This document shows positions 9,166 through 17,737 of a stretch of DNA of 64,000 nt, piece after piece (the first letter of the stretch is position 1; every line of letters starts with the position of its first letter). Position numbers and translations under genes: made by a program. The stretch is from an uncultured delta proteobacterium. GTDB taxonomy: Bacteria > Desulfobacterota > Desulfobacteria > Desulfobacterales > Desulfatirhabdiaceae. Location of the stretch: the NCBI GenBank assembly GCA_963789395.1, contig CAWBKP010000014.1, positions 288,001 through 352,000 on the forward strand, in the 5' to 3' direction. The notes below the pieces were generated by a model. That model was not told where the DNA came from. It ran no database searches and saw only the letters and a program-made list of their open reading frames with translations.

Positions 9166-10998
9166 CTATAGGACCACCGGCAAATTGAACGTAAAGGTGC
9201 TGCCTTGTTTATTGGATGAATCCAACCAGATCGCGCCGCCGTGAGCGCGCACGATCTCCCGGCAGATGGCAAGCCCCAGGCCTGTTCCTCCGGCTTCCCG
9301 TCCCTTTACCTGGACAAATTTCTGAAAAATCCTGGATTGATATTCCGGGGGGATTCCCGGCCCGTCGTCACGAACGGATATGTGTATGTGCGGATCGACC
9401 CAGTGCGCCACCAGTTCAATATGGCCGCCCTTGTTCACATATCGAAGGGCATTGGAGATCAGGTTGATAAGTACCCGGGAAATCTTGTTTACATCCGCTC
9501 GAACCATTGGCATATCGTCATCGAGCTCCGATGTTAGCCTGATCTCCTTCATTTCCATCTGGCTTTTGAAAAACGTCCGCATCTGGTCAAAAAGGGTTTG
9601 GACCGGAACGCTTTCTATCTCCAATGCGAATTTGCCTGCTTCGAGCTTGGACAAATCGAGCAAATCATTGACCAGTGCCTTCATCCGATGCACTTCCTCG
9701 TGAGCCGCCTGCAAGAGTTCCCGGTCTTTTTCGTCAAGCCCTTTTGCACCATTTTCCAGCAACAGATCAACGCTCATGCTAAGACTGGTCAGAGGTGTCC
9801 GTAATTCGTGAGAGGCTGCCATGACGAATTCTCTTTTGAGCCGTTCCACTTCTTGCAGTCGCGTTACATCCTTGAGCAGGAGCACGCTACCGGACAGTTT
9901 GTGGTCTTTCCCGCGAACGGCTGTAACGGAAAACAAATAGTGCCGGGATGATTCTGCCTCAGGGAGGGTGATTATCCGGTGTTCATCTGGAATGCAGGGT
10001 TGTACTCCGGTTTCGACGGTCTTACGGATCATATCGTTAACGTTTGTGCCTGGAAAAATGTCATCGCACTGCAAAGAGAAAGTATCGGTCAGATCCAACC
10101 CCAGTATCCGGCTTGCGGCCGGGTTGATGCCCGTAACCATTAAAGAGGTGTCGAAGATCACCATGCCGTCCTCAATACTGGATAGAATCGCTTCAGCCTT
10201 GTTTTTTTCCGATACAATCTGCTCGATGTTCATCTCGTTGTAACGGTGGAGCTGGACTACCATTTGGTTAAACTCTCCAGCCAGACTGCCCAACTCATCA
10301 CCAGTTTCAACGGGCACCTTCACGGAAAAGTCGCCAGCTGAAATCTTCCTGGCTGCTTCCATAAAACTCCGAATTGGACTGGTGATCCGTTCCGAAAGAA
10401 TCAGGCTGAATATAAGGGTTACAATCAACGCCAGAAACGCCACAATCGATGTAGACCAGATGTCGTGCTTGACCATGATGCCAGCTTTCGACCTGGCAGT
10501 GTACAGGGTGTCCTCATTGAGGTTACGCAAACTTACGCACACCTCGCGCACCTTGTTGAATAGGGGGTAGATCGTATCCTGATAATATGATGGCCGTAAA
10601 GGCGGTTCTGCGGTAACAATCAAATCGGACAGCGCGGAAAACTGACGGCTGTAGGCCGTGTAATCAGATTTGATGGATTGGACAAGTTCCGCCTCACCAT
10701 CAATCGTAATATTGTTCTTGGCACGAGCCAACCACTCAAGAAAGACAGCCTCATTTTCCAGAAACTGGGTAGACCCTTTCTCAACATCGCCAAGGAAAAG
10801 AAGCAATGTTGCGCTGTCTTGGCGCTCTAATGCGGCCACCATGTTCTCGGCGGCAATGATGCTTCGGTAATTTTCGATCAGGATAGCATCTGTCGCATTT
10901 CCAAGGGATACCAGATTTATAATAGCCCACGTGACCACTATCCCCATAAAAGCGAAAGCAATACCATATCCAATCAATATTTTCTTTTTCAGAGTCAA
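9166..10998 (-). CDS. Sensor histidine kinase (HAMP-PAS-HisKA-HATPase)
   Basis: SHELRTPLT, NLISNALRY, GGTGLGL; start likely TTG (MTLKKKILIG) by analogy with the 4818-6635 paralog; ORF is open to 11067. Confidence 0.92.
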   Translation of the reverse strand: MTLKKKILIGYGIAFAFMGIVVTWAIINLVSLGNATDAILIENYRSIIAAENMVAALERQDSATLLLFLGDVEKGSTQFLENEAVFLEWLARAKNNITIDGEAELVQSIKSDYTAYSRQFSALSDLIVTAEPPLRPSYYQDTIYPLFNKVREVCVSLRNLNEDTLYTARSKAGIMVKHDIWSTSIVAFLALIVTLIFSLILSERITSPIRSFMEAARKISAGDFSVKVPVETGDELGSLAGEFNQMVVQLHRYNEMNIEQIVSEKNKAEAILSSIEDGMVIFDTSLMVTGINPAASRILGLDLTDTFSLQCDDIFPGTNVNDMIRKTVETGVQPCIPDEHRIITLPEAESSRHYLFSVTAVRGKDHKLSGSVLLLKDVTRLQEVERLKREFVMAASHELRTPLTSLSMSVDLLLENGAKGLDEKDRELLQAAHEEVHRMKALVNDLLDLSKLEAGKFALEIESVPVQTLFDQMRTFFKSQMEMKEIRLTSELDDDMPMVRADVNKISRVLINLISNALRYVNKGGHIELVAHWVDPHIHISVRDDGPGIPPEYQSRIFQKFVQVKGREAGGTGLGLAICREIVRAHGGAIWLDSSNKQGSTFTFNLPVVL

Positions 10999-11394
10999 AG
11001 GGCACAATCTTTCATTCACCCCACCAAGTACAACTTGAGTTGGAGAAACATCTGTGACAATCTGCAAGATGTCAATTTTGGACTATCGCTGTTTTGTATG
11101 GACGACCTACCCGAATTAGAGAGGAAGCATATTTGAAATGTCAACCATTCTTGCCATATATGCATGAGTCTTTATTTCCGGGTTTTTATTCATGCTTATT
11201 TCTAATATCATTAACCATAGCCGAACTGGACGGCAGTCGTCAAAACATTTGAACAACCCCATGAACGAAGGCTGGGTCTCTGGCCGGTTCCTCGACCCAG
11301 TTATTCCAAAGACCGTGTTCCCGTATCAATCAAGAATTATGTTGGTATCCATGAGAAAAACGCGAAGTGACTACTCAACATTCGGATAACTATC

Positions 11395-11473
11395 ATGGAA
11401 CATAAGCATGAGACGCTCAGGGAGCCGTGCTTGGCAGGGTTCCCTGAGTCGCTTCTCCATGCGACTGTTGGGC
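11395..11473 (-). repeat. attC-like integron recombination site
   Basis: GCCCAAC-5nt-CATGGAGA...TCTCATG-5nt-GTTCCAT: L boxes pair perfectly except one extrahelical G; central stem CTCAGGGA/TCCCTGAG. Confidence 0.65.
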
Positions 11474-12109
11474 TTTTTCTTGTCCGGTGACTGTAGCTAT
11501 CGGAATCAGAATTTCGTTCCGTCTCAAGAACCATGGCATAAAGGGGGGATTGTATCGAGCCCATATGGGATCGCCCACAATGGTAAAGCCCATTCTGTGA
11601 ATCCATGACTCCAGTTCAATCTTGTGCTGTAGATAGCCCTTCTCGCTCCAGAAACCTGAGTAGCGTACTGCGGCCATCCGTCGAGCTGGAACCTGACGCA
11701 ATGTGACCTTTGGATCCACTGGTTCTGGAAGAGTTCTCAGAGTGTATGAGCCTGGCATCATGAAGCTTACAGCCCAGCTTTCCTTGACACGCTGCTGTGC
11801 TACGGGAGCCGTCATCTTGATCTTTTCCCCCATTGGCTCTTGGGATACAGGAGCCGTCATCGCCATTTTGTCGCCTGACCGATTGTTGCCGGAGATATAG
11901 CTAAAAAGTATTTTGAAGGCCTTGCTGCCAGCATCTTCCAGATTTCCTTCCACAACTGTTTCGGCGAGGATGTGGGCTGCATATTCACGGATCTCGAACA
12001 CGTTGTCTTTTTTTATCACTTCGTACTTAGCTTCTTCGATGGCCATGGCATCTACCGCTCCAATTATTATGAGCGCTGTTACAAATGTAATTCGCAAAAA
12101 ATGTCTCAT
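11417..12109 (-). CDS. SOUL-family heme-binding protein
   Basis: YISGNN, MTAPV (twice), SFMMP, ARYNPPF, RRNEI motifs; N-terminal signal-like segment; C-terminus reads into the attC-like site. Confidence 0.93.
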   Translation of the reverse strand: MRHFLRITFVTALIIIGAVDAMAIEEAKYEVIKKDNVFEIREYAAHILAETVVEGNLEDAGSKAFKILFSYISGNNRSGDKMAMTAPVSQEPMGEKIKMTAPVAQQRVKESWAVSFMMPGSYTLRTLPEPVDPKVTLRQVPARRMAAVRYSGFWSEKGYLQHKIELESWIHRMGFTIVGDPIWARYNPPFMPWFLRRNEILIPIATVTGQEKAQQSHGEATQGTLPSTAP

Positions 12110-12142
12110 TACTAAAGCCCCTGATGGCTTACATCAATGTTT

Positions 12143-12201
12143 GCCCGGCACAGAGTTCAGCCGCGCGTGTTTCGATCCGGCTGGATTGACTGATTGTGGG
12201 C
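12143..12201 (-). repeat. Degenerate attC-like site
   Basis: CCACAAT-5nt-AATCCAGC...GCTGAAC-5nt-GCCGGGC; spacing is canonical but both R boxes are mutated. Confidence 0.45.
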
Positions 12202-12387
12202 AGCGTGCTCGTCATCTGTTGATCTGATGAATGGACAATAGGTCAGGTACTTGCTGCATGTCATATACACGCTCCGTCCAAGAGCCTTGGCAATAGCCTC
12301 GGTCAACTCCACAATGCCTTTCAACATCAGGGTCTCGTTACGTTGGCTTCAAGATTTCTGGAATATGATACCGGAACTTGCCCTCGG

Positions 12388-13431
12388 TTACATGATATGC
12401 ACTGTGATCGCGTGCTCCTCGACGCCATTGTTCCCGTACCCAAGCACATTCCAATCCGCGTTCATAGGTTGCGGGTTCCCCTGCGAATCGATCGCCCGGG
12501 ACATCAGCGTGAAATCCCCTTTTTCACCGACTTCCCAGATGTACTGCCATTGGCGCCAGGCAAATGCTTCATGAGGACCGATAAATTGGGCATCCGCCCA
12601 ACTCTTTCCTTCGTCAAACGATACCTCAACACGTTCCACATCGGATTCCCCTGCATAGGCCGCACCGAGTATGACGATGGTACCGACGCCCAGCTCTTGG
12701 CCATTCAGCGGCTGGGTGATGAACGACTTCGTTTTCAGCTTTGTAACAACCTCGCCGGACTTGGGATCCTGCTCCTTTTGAAAGATGCGGTAAACACTGT
12801 CCATAAAGAATCCGTCACAGGGACGATCCAGTACATTGATCTTCCGGAGCCACTTGACGCAATTGGCTCCCGTCCAGCCCAAAGCCAACGCCCTCAGGGG
12901 ATACCCGTGTTTCAACGGCAGTGGTTCCCCGTTCATCTCATAGGCAAGAAGCGTGGAAGACATGGCCTTCTCAATGGGAATGCTTCGGATGAATTTGATA
13001 CCCGCTGAGCCAAGAGGTTGGTCCTGCCCTTCGAAACTCACATGTTTTGCACTGCGCTTCAATCCGGCTTTTCCCAAAATATCCCGCAGCCAGACACCTC
13101 CATAAATAGCATTCCCGACCCCTCCGACGGTCCAAGGATTGCCTTTTGCCTTCTCCCTGAGCAGAGAGCGACCATTGCCGGAACATTCAAAGGTATTGGC
13201 AACAATAGCCTTGGGCATTCGAAGGATCTGGTCCATGGTCATCTGCAGCGGATTCTCAACCTCCCCGTCAATCGATAACTCCCACTTTTCCATGGAGACA
13301 GGTTCATCTGGAATGGCGCCCTGATTTCGCTTAAAAAATACGGAATTGGCGGTGATCCACGACCGCAGGGATTCGACCGGGGTTTCGGCGTTCAGTGGTT
13401 TTTCGGTCATGACACGCATCTTTTCATCCAT
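12388..13431 (-). CDS. Sulfite oxidase-family molybdopterin oxidoreductase
   Basis: PLNAETP, ECSGNGR (Mo-ligand Cys), AYEMNGEPL..HGYPLR, VKWL, C-terminal dimerisation domain; no signal peptide seen. Confidence 0.93.
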   Translation of the reverse strand: MDEKMRVMTEKPLNAETPVESLRSWITANSVFFKRNQGAIPDEPVSMEKWELSIDGEVENPLQMTMDQILRMPKAIVANTFECSGNGRSLLREKAKGNPWTVGGVGNAIYGGVWLRDILGKAGLKRSAKHVSFEGQDQPLGSAGIKFIRSIPIEKAMSSTLLAYEMNGEPLPLKHGYPLRALALGWTGANCVKWLRKINVLDRPCDGFFMDSVYRIFQKEQDPKSGEVVTKLKTKSFITQPLNGQELGVGTIVILGAAYAGESDVERVEVSFDEGKSWADAQFIGPHEAFAWRQWQYIWEVGEKGDFTLMSRAIDSQGNPQPMNADWNVLGYGNNGVEEHAITVHIM

Positions 13432-13475
13432 CTCAGGCCCTCCTTTCAAAAAGTTCTATACTGAAACGCCCCGCC

Positions 13476-13806
13476 GGGATCGGGCCACGCCAACATCTTG
13501 ATCATTCGAAATATATTTCCCGGAAATTGGTGTTTTCAGGGCCTATCTTGTCTTTTTCCATCTTAAAAAGAGACTTATAGGGTGCAGCATCCCCCCGGAG
13601 GTAAAACCCCTCACAGCCCTCTTTCTTAAGGCATCGGTGTGTGATACGCTATATGTATACCGGAATAAAATGTCTCTTTGCTCTCGCCATAAGCATTGAG
13701 AGAAAAATGCTCTTTTTGCCCTCGAAAACCTCAATATAGGCCTGTTTTGAAGGGCAGAATTTACAATTATTCTCTAAACTTCAGGTAGTTTCCGGGGCCC
13801 GACCCC
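13476..13806 (-). mobile_element. Internally deleted REP-associated tyrosine transposase (RAYT-like) remnant with terminal inverted repeats
   Basis: 13690->13502 translates MARAKRHFIPVYI*RITHRCLKKE...IGPENTNFREIYFE*; flanked by GGGATCGGGCCACG (13476) and CGGGGCCCGACCCC (13793), a 12/14 inverted match. Confidence 0.7.
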
Positions 13807-13865
13807 ATCTGGACCGCCCATCTGACCATCTGGAGGATGAGAATTTTAAAAACTTACTTTTTTAC

Positions 13866-14828
13866 CTACGTCCCTTTAAGGCCCTGAATAAAATCCACAG
13901 TTCGAAATTCTGACCAGTATTTGCCGCTGATACGACGGTTTATAAACCCAATATGCCCGCCATATTCAGGCACTTCAAAATAGATACAGGGATTTTTTCT
14001 CTGATGATAAGGGTAACAAGACGGCCCGAGAAAAGGGTCATCCTTGGCATTGACAATCAGGCTCGGAACTCGGATACGCCCCAAAAGTGGACCGCAGCTG
14101 CATTTTGTCCAATAATCCTCGGCACTTTTAAACCCGTGAATTGGTGCGGTATACCGGTCATCATAGGCTTTAAAATCCTTAATTTGATCAAAGTCCCGAT
14201 CATTGATTTGATCTGGAAAAAACACCATTTTCTCCTTGACCTTTCGATGGAGCATCCTCAAAAATCGTTTCATATAAATCGTGTTTGAAACACGAGATAA
14301 CTGCATGGAGGCATCCTCCAAATCGACCGGCACAGAGAAGGCAACCGACCCTTTCAGTTGAGGATGGACCTGCTCGCACTGTTGTCCTAGATAGAGCAAG
14401 TTCAGGTTTCCGCCCATACTAAATCCTATCAGGACGATTTTTTCGTATCCTTTTGCAATCGTATGCTGGATAACCAAGTCTAGATCGTCTGTGCAGCCAT
14501 TGTGGTACATCCGTAACTGCCGATTCGTCTCTCCGCCACAAGTCCGGTAGTTCCATGCGAGACAATCAATCTGATCTTCGTTAAGCGCCTTTACCATTCC
14601 CTTTACATAGGCCCGCTGGCTGTCCCCCTCTAATCCGTGGGATATTACAGCCAAAAGCTGTCCCCCAGAGCAGGACCAGTCCAGATCCAAAAAATCATTA
14701 TCTGGCGTCTGGATACGTTCTCGTTTGTAACAAACGCCGCTTACCTTTCGGAAGACTGTTGGAAAAATGGTTTGGATATGCCCGTTCCGGAACCACAGTG
14801 CCGGTTTATAATCGGAAGAACTTGCCAT
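13866..14828 (-). CDS. YheT-like alpha/beta hydrolase
   Basis: GHIQTI, HGLEG, GFSMGG nucleophile elbow, NAKDDPF, GGHIGF. Confidence 0.92.
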   Translation of the reverse strand: MASSSDYKPALWFRNGHIQTIFPTVFRKVSGVCYKRERIQTPDNDFLDLDWSCSGGQLLAVISHGLEGDSQRAYVKGMVKALNEDQIDCLAWNYRTCGGETNRQLRMYHNGCTDDLDLVIQHTIAKGYEKIVLIGFSMGGNLNLLYLGQQCEQVHPQLKGSVAFSVPVDLEDASMQLSRVSNTIYMKRFLRMLHRKVKEKMVFFPDQINDRDFDQIKDFKAYDDRYTAPIHGFKSAEDYWTKCSCGPLLGRIRVPSLIVNAKDDPFLGPSCYPYHQRKNPCIYFEVPEYGGHIGFINRRISGKYWSEFRTVDFIQGLKGT

Positions 14829-14933
14829 TTTCAGTTGATAGGTTGAATACGTTTTTTGGGTTCTTTTTTGAAAACAAAATATTCAAAGGTCACAATAACC
14901 GAATATTGAAAAGCAACCATGGTGCCGAAGAAG

Positions 14934-14981
14934 GTATAACGGGAACGTCTGCGGCTTGCCAGCAGGAAGTTCTTGTTGGGT
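14934..14981 (-). repeat. Short attC-like site
   Basis: ACCCAAC-AAGAA-CTTCCTGC-TGGCAAGCC-GCAGACG-TTCCC-GTTATAC gives a 7-5-8...7-5-7 geometry; 48 bp, shorter than typical. Confidence 0.55.
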
Positions 14982-14996
14982 TTTAATCTCTTAAAC

Positions 14997-15008
14997 TGGT
15001 TCCTCGCT
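14997..15008 (+). repeat. 12-mer TGGTTCCTCGCT, copy 1
   Basis: Exact copies at 15991-16002 (reverse) and 17374-17385. Confidence 0.7.
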
Positions 15009-15136
15009 GTTTTGGATGGGTATGTTTACACGAACCTGCATGGCGATATAACTTCATATTCAGAAAGTACTCTTTTTCCGCTGAAGTATCTTTCTGGTAT
15101 CCTTAAGAAAATCGGGCCGTAAATATTTCACGTTAG

Positions 15137-15915
15137 GTCGAGTAGACTGGGGCCTCCCGTGGCTATAGGCTGAAGTTTGTATTCTCTGTTTGCCGCCTGG
15201 TTTCCCGGCGGTGCCACGAGATCACAGCCATACCTTCAGTTGTTCTCCAGTCCCTCTGCAGATCCGGGCAAGCGGATTTCCCATACATCCGGCTCTTCGA
15301 TCAATTATTCAGATCGCTTCTAAACTACGATGCGGACTTTGGGCCTCCACCTCGCATTAAAGATAACCATCTCTTATCCGTGTCAGGTCAGTGCTCACCG
15401 ATTCTCACTCTTTGCATAGTGTCGATGTTTTCCCCTTTCACGGGCAATTGACCGTGGAGACCTTCGCTCAGCGGGAATGAGCCGCTTCATTGCTAAACCA
15501 TTGCGGTCGTACCGGTCTCCATCCCTCGCATCGGCGCCTTTTTGGCCGCCTTCTTTTACGTTGGTCGGCCATACTCGGTTACTATCCCTACGATCAGGGA
15601 CAATTCGCCAAGGGCCTTTGGGTTGTTTTCCGATGCTCGCCTGGTTACTCCATCGTCGTTGCCATGCTCGATGCTGTCTGCGACCCCGGGGTGTCGGTCG
15701 GCACTCGTCTCTATCGCACCTTCCGTTTTGCCTGCGCCTGTTATCAAGGGATCGGCACTTTCCCAATAATTCATATTCTCGGGGCTATGTGTCAGATTCA
15801 GGGCATACACCCTTCACCTCGCTTGACTCATGCACCTCCCTTTAATTGGGTACACTACCGGGCGGTTGACTAAACCTTACCCGGGAGGCCCTATGCTTTC
15901 GCATTCCCCTCGCAA
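15137..15915 (-). ncRNA. ORF-less group II intron (IEP gene deleted)
   Basis: 5' end TTGCG; domain 5 GAGCCGGATG...GGAAATCCGCTTGCCCGGATC (15261-15295) with AGC triad; domain 6 stem GAGGGACTGG/CCAGTCT(A)CTC with bulged A 7 nt before the terminal AC. Confidence 0.88.
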
Positions 15916-15990
15916 CGTTGACCCAGAGCCAGGTTCAAACGATAACATATCTTTGAGACCGGTTTTTCGTATGTGTTTGTCACAGGAAAA

Positions 15991-16002
15991 AGCGAGGAAC
16001 CA
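15991..16002 (-). repeat. 12-mer TGGTTCCTCGCT, copy 2 (inverted)
   Basis: AGCGAGGAACCA on + strand, 3 nt past the stop codon of the flavoprotein gene. Confidence 0.7.
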
Positions 16003-16005
16003 TTT

Positions 16006-17367
16006 TTAATTCGCATAAGGTTTTGCATACATTTCCGCTTTTTTGACTCCGTTTCCGATTGCTTGCTGTTTCCACCATTGTCCACCCAGTTTTGTAAAAA
16101 TCCAACGCCAGACCTCAAACGGAACTATCGGTATTGGGTTTTTTGAAATAAGGGTTTGTGCATCGAGAGAAACAAACCTTCCATTAGCCAAATCCATACC
16201 AGTTTTATTCAACCCCTCGATTACATGTTTAATAGGAGGTCCCTTACGTTTTCTTTCAGTGAATTCCTGCCCTCCTCCAATAGCTTCACCAGCTCCCATT
16301 GCTAAAGCTCCTGCCCAAGAAATGCCACATAGATCAGCAAAAAAACGGCAAATATTTAATGCCAAAGCATTTTGATAAAATTCAGGAAATCCATTGTTTA
16401 TAATAGTAAAGATTTTCTGAGGCTTTTTAACCGGCAACGTTTTTTTATGCTGAGCAATAATTTCTAGAGCTTTGGTCACAAGGTAAGGTAATGCATCAAT
16501 ATAAAGGGGAAAGGCCAATATGATCAAATCAGAACAATCTACTGCCGAACATAATTCATTTTGCCCCTTTTCCCTACGCAGATTTCCTTTCAATTTCAAC
16601 ACCTCAGTCTTCCAACCATCTGATTTTAATATTTCTATCAAATATTCACCTAATATGCTTGATGTGGAACGATGTTTTATTTTCGGACTACCTACTATTA
16701 GTAGTGCATTTCGAGCTACTTCCTGCTTATTATTAAAAGGCGTTATATCTGCTTTTGGGAAAAAGGATTTAATGTCTTTACCAACAGGAAAAGCATCTGA
16801 TCGTGAAATAATGCTTTTTAATCGCTTATTCAGCGTTTCGTTATTTTCATTGATACAAATCACATCAGCAGCAAACGAAGGGGCATGAAAATTGATTGCA
16901 TTACGCCCCACCAGTGTTTTAAAAAGTTCGGCTTCTGCTTTTACGAAGTTCCGCTGGACCCCGATCCCAACTAACCGAGGATAAGTTGAGTAGCGTGGTT
17001 TGTGATGAATTTCTCCATAGTATTTGCCGAAAAATGGCAAAACCATTGGTATAAACCGATCAACAATAATTTTAAGTGTTGATGAATACCCGCCATAAGT
17101 CACTGGAGTAAAAAGAATTATCATATCACTTCGGATAATGGTTTGAATTATCTCTCTTCCTTCATCAGGAGCTACACAAATTCCAGGTGTTTTGATCCAA
17201 CATCCAAAACATCCCGAACAATGGGCCAACTTGATATCTTTTAAGTGATAACATTTCACATCAGCATGATCATAATCGAGTATACCGGTCAGTACGGAGA
17301 AAGAATTTGCTAAATAATCGTCCCCGCTTCCAGTACCATCTAAAATAACAATCTTTTTTTTTGACAT
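16006..17367 (-). CDS. Tandem flavodoxin-like NAD(P)H-dependent oxidoreductase (iron-sulfur flavoprotein-like N-half)
   Basis: CSGCFGCWIKTPGIC Cys motif and TPVTYGGYS in the N-half; second domain with IVGSPK, AFPLYIDALP, NNGFPE; visibly AT-rich; start MSKKK after GAGGA. Confidence 0.85.
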   Translation of the reverse strand: MSKKKIVILDGTGSGDDYLANSFSVLTGILDYDHADVKCYHLKDIKLAHCSGCFGCWIKTPGICVAPDEGREIIQTIIRSDMIILFTPVTYGGYSSTLKIIVDRFIPMVLPFFGKYYGEIHHKPRYSTYPRLVGIGVQRNFVKAEAELFKTLVGRNAINFHAPSFAADVICINENNETLNKRLKSIISRSDAFPVGKDIKSFFPKADITPFNNKQEVARNALLIVGSPKIKHRSTSSILGEYLIEILKSDGWKTEVLKLKGNLRREKGQNELCSAVDCSDLIILAFPLYIDALPYLVTKALEIIAQHKKTLPVKKPQKIFTIINNGFPEFYQNALALNICRFFADLCGISWAGALAMGAGEAIGGGQEFTERKRKGPPIKHVIEGLNKTGMDLANGRFVSLDAQTLISKNPIPIVPFEVWRWIFTKLGGQWWKQQAIGNGVKKAEMYAKPYAN

Positions 17368-17373
17368 TTTCTT

Positions 17374-17385
17374 TGGTTCCTCGCT
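17374..17385 (+). repeat. 12-mer TGGTTCCTCGCT, copy 3
   Basis: On the minus strand it supplies the GAGGA RBS of the 16006-17367 gene. Confidence 0.7.
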
Positions 17386-17579
17386 GTCAAAAGTGGGTGG
17401 TTGCAAAAACTCATGAGGGCTTGAAATGTCAAGGATACTAATTGCATAGTTGACTTATCATCGGGGAATTGCCAATTCCGAGCTATTAACACATTAACTC
17501 AACATTACTCTAAGATAGGATCTTTACTTATGTCAATTAGAAGTTTGGAATCTGCTGATTTAATTGTTGATACGGTCAT

Positions 17580-17705
17580 CTATCCGTATTGTGATGTCGA
17601 GTTGAAGGAGGCAACTGTACATTCATTCACATCGATTTTCCTGGCCAGTTCCTTTATGGACATGAAATTTTCCAAGCGTGTAGCGCGGAATTTGTCTCCG
17701 AAGCA
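17580..17705 (-). pseudogene. Possible XRE-family HTH fragment
   Basis: FGDKFRATRLENFMSIKELARKIDVNECTV resembles an HTH_3 start; no credible start codon and truncated. Confidence 0.35.
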
Positions 17706-17737
17706 GATCGATACGAAATGCGGTTGTTCGCGGATTG

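Noticed and set aside
15395..15873. Several overlapping 75-127 aa ORFs
   Set aside because: They lie within the structured group II intron RNA and have no protein features
17394..17412. GGGTGGTTGCAAAAACTC resembling an IS terminal repeat
   Set aside because: No partner repeat or transposase in the window
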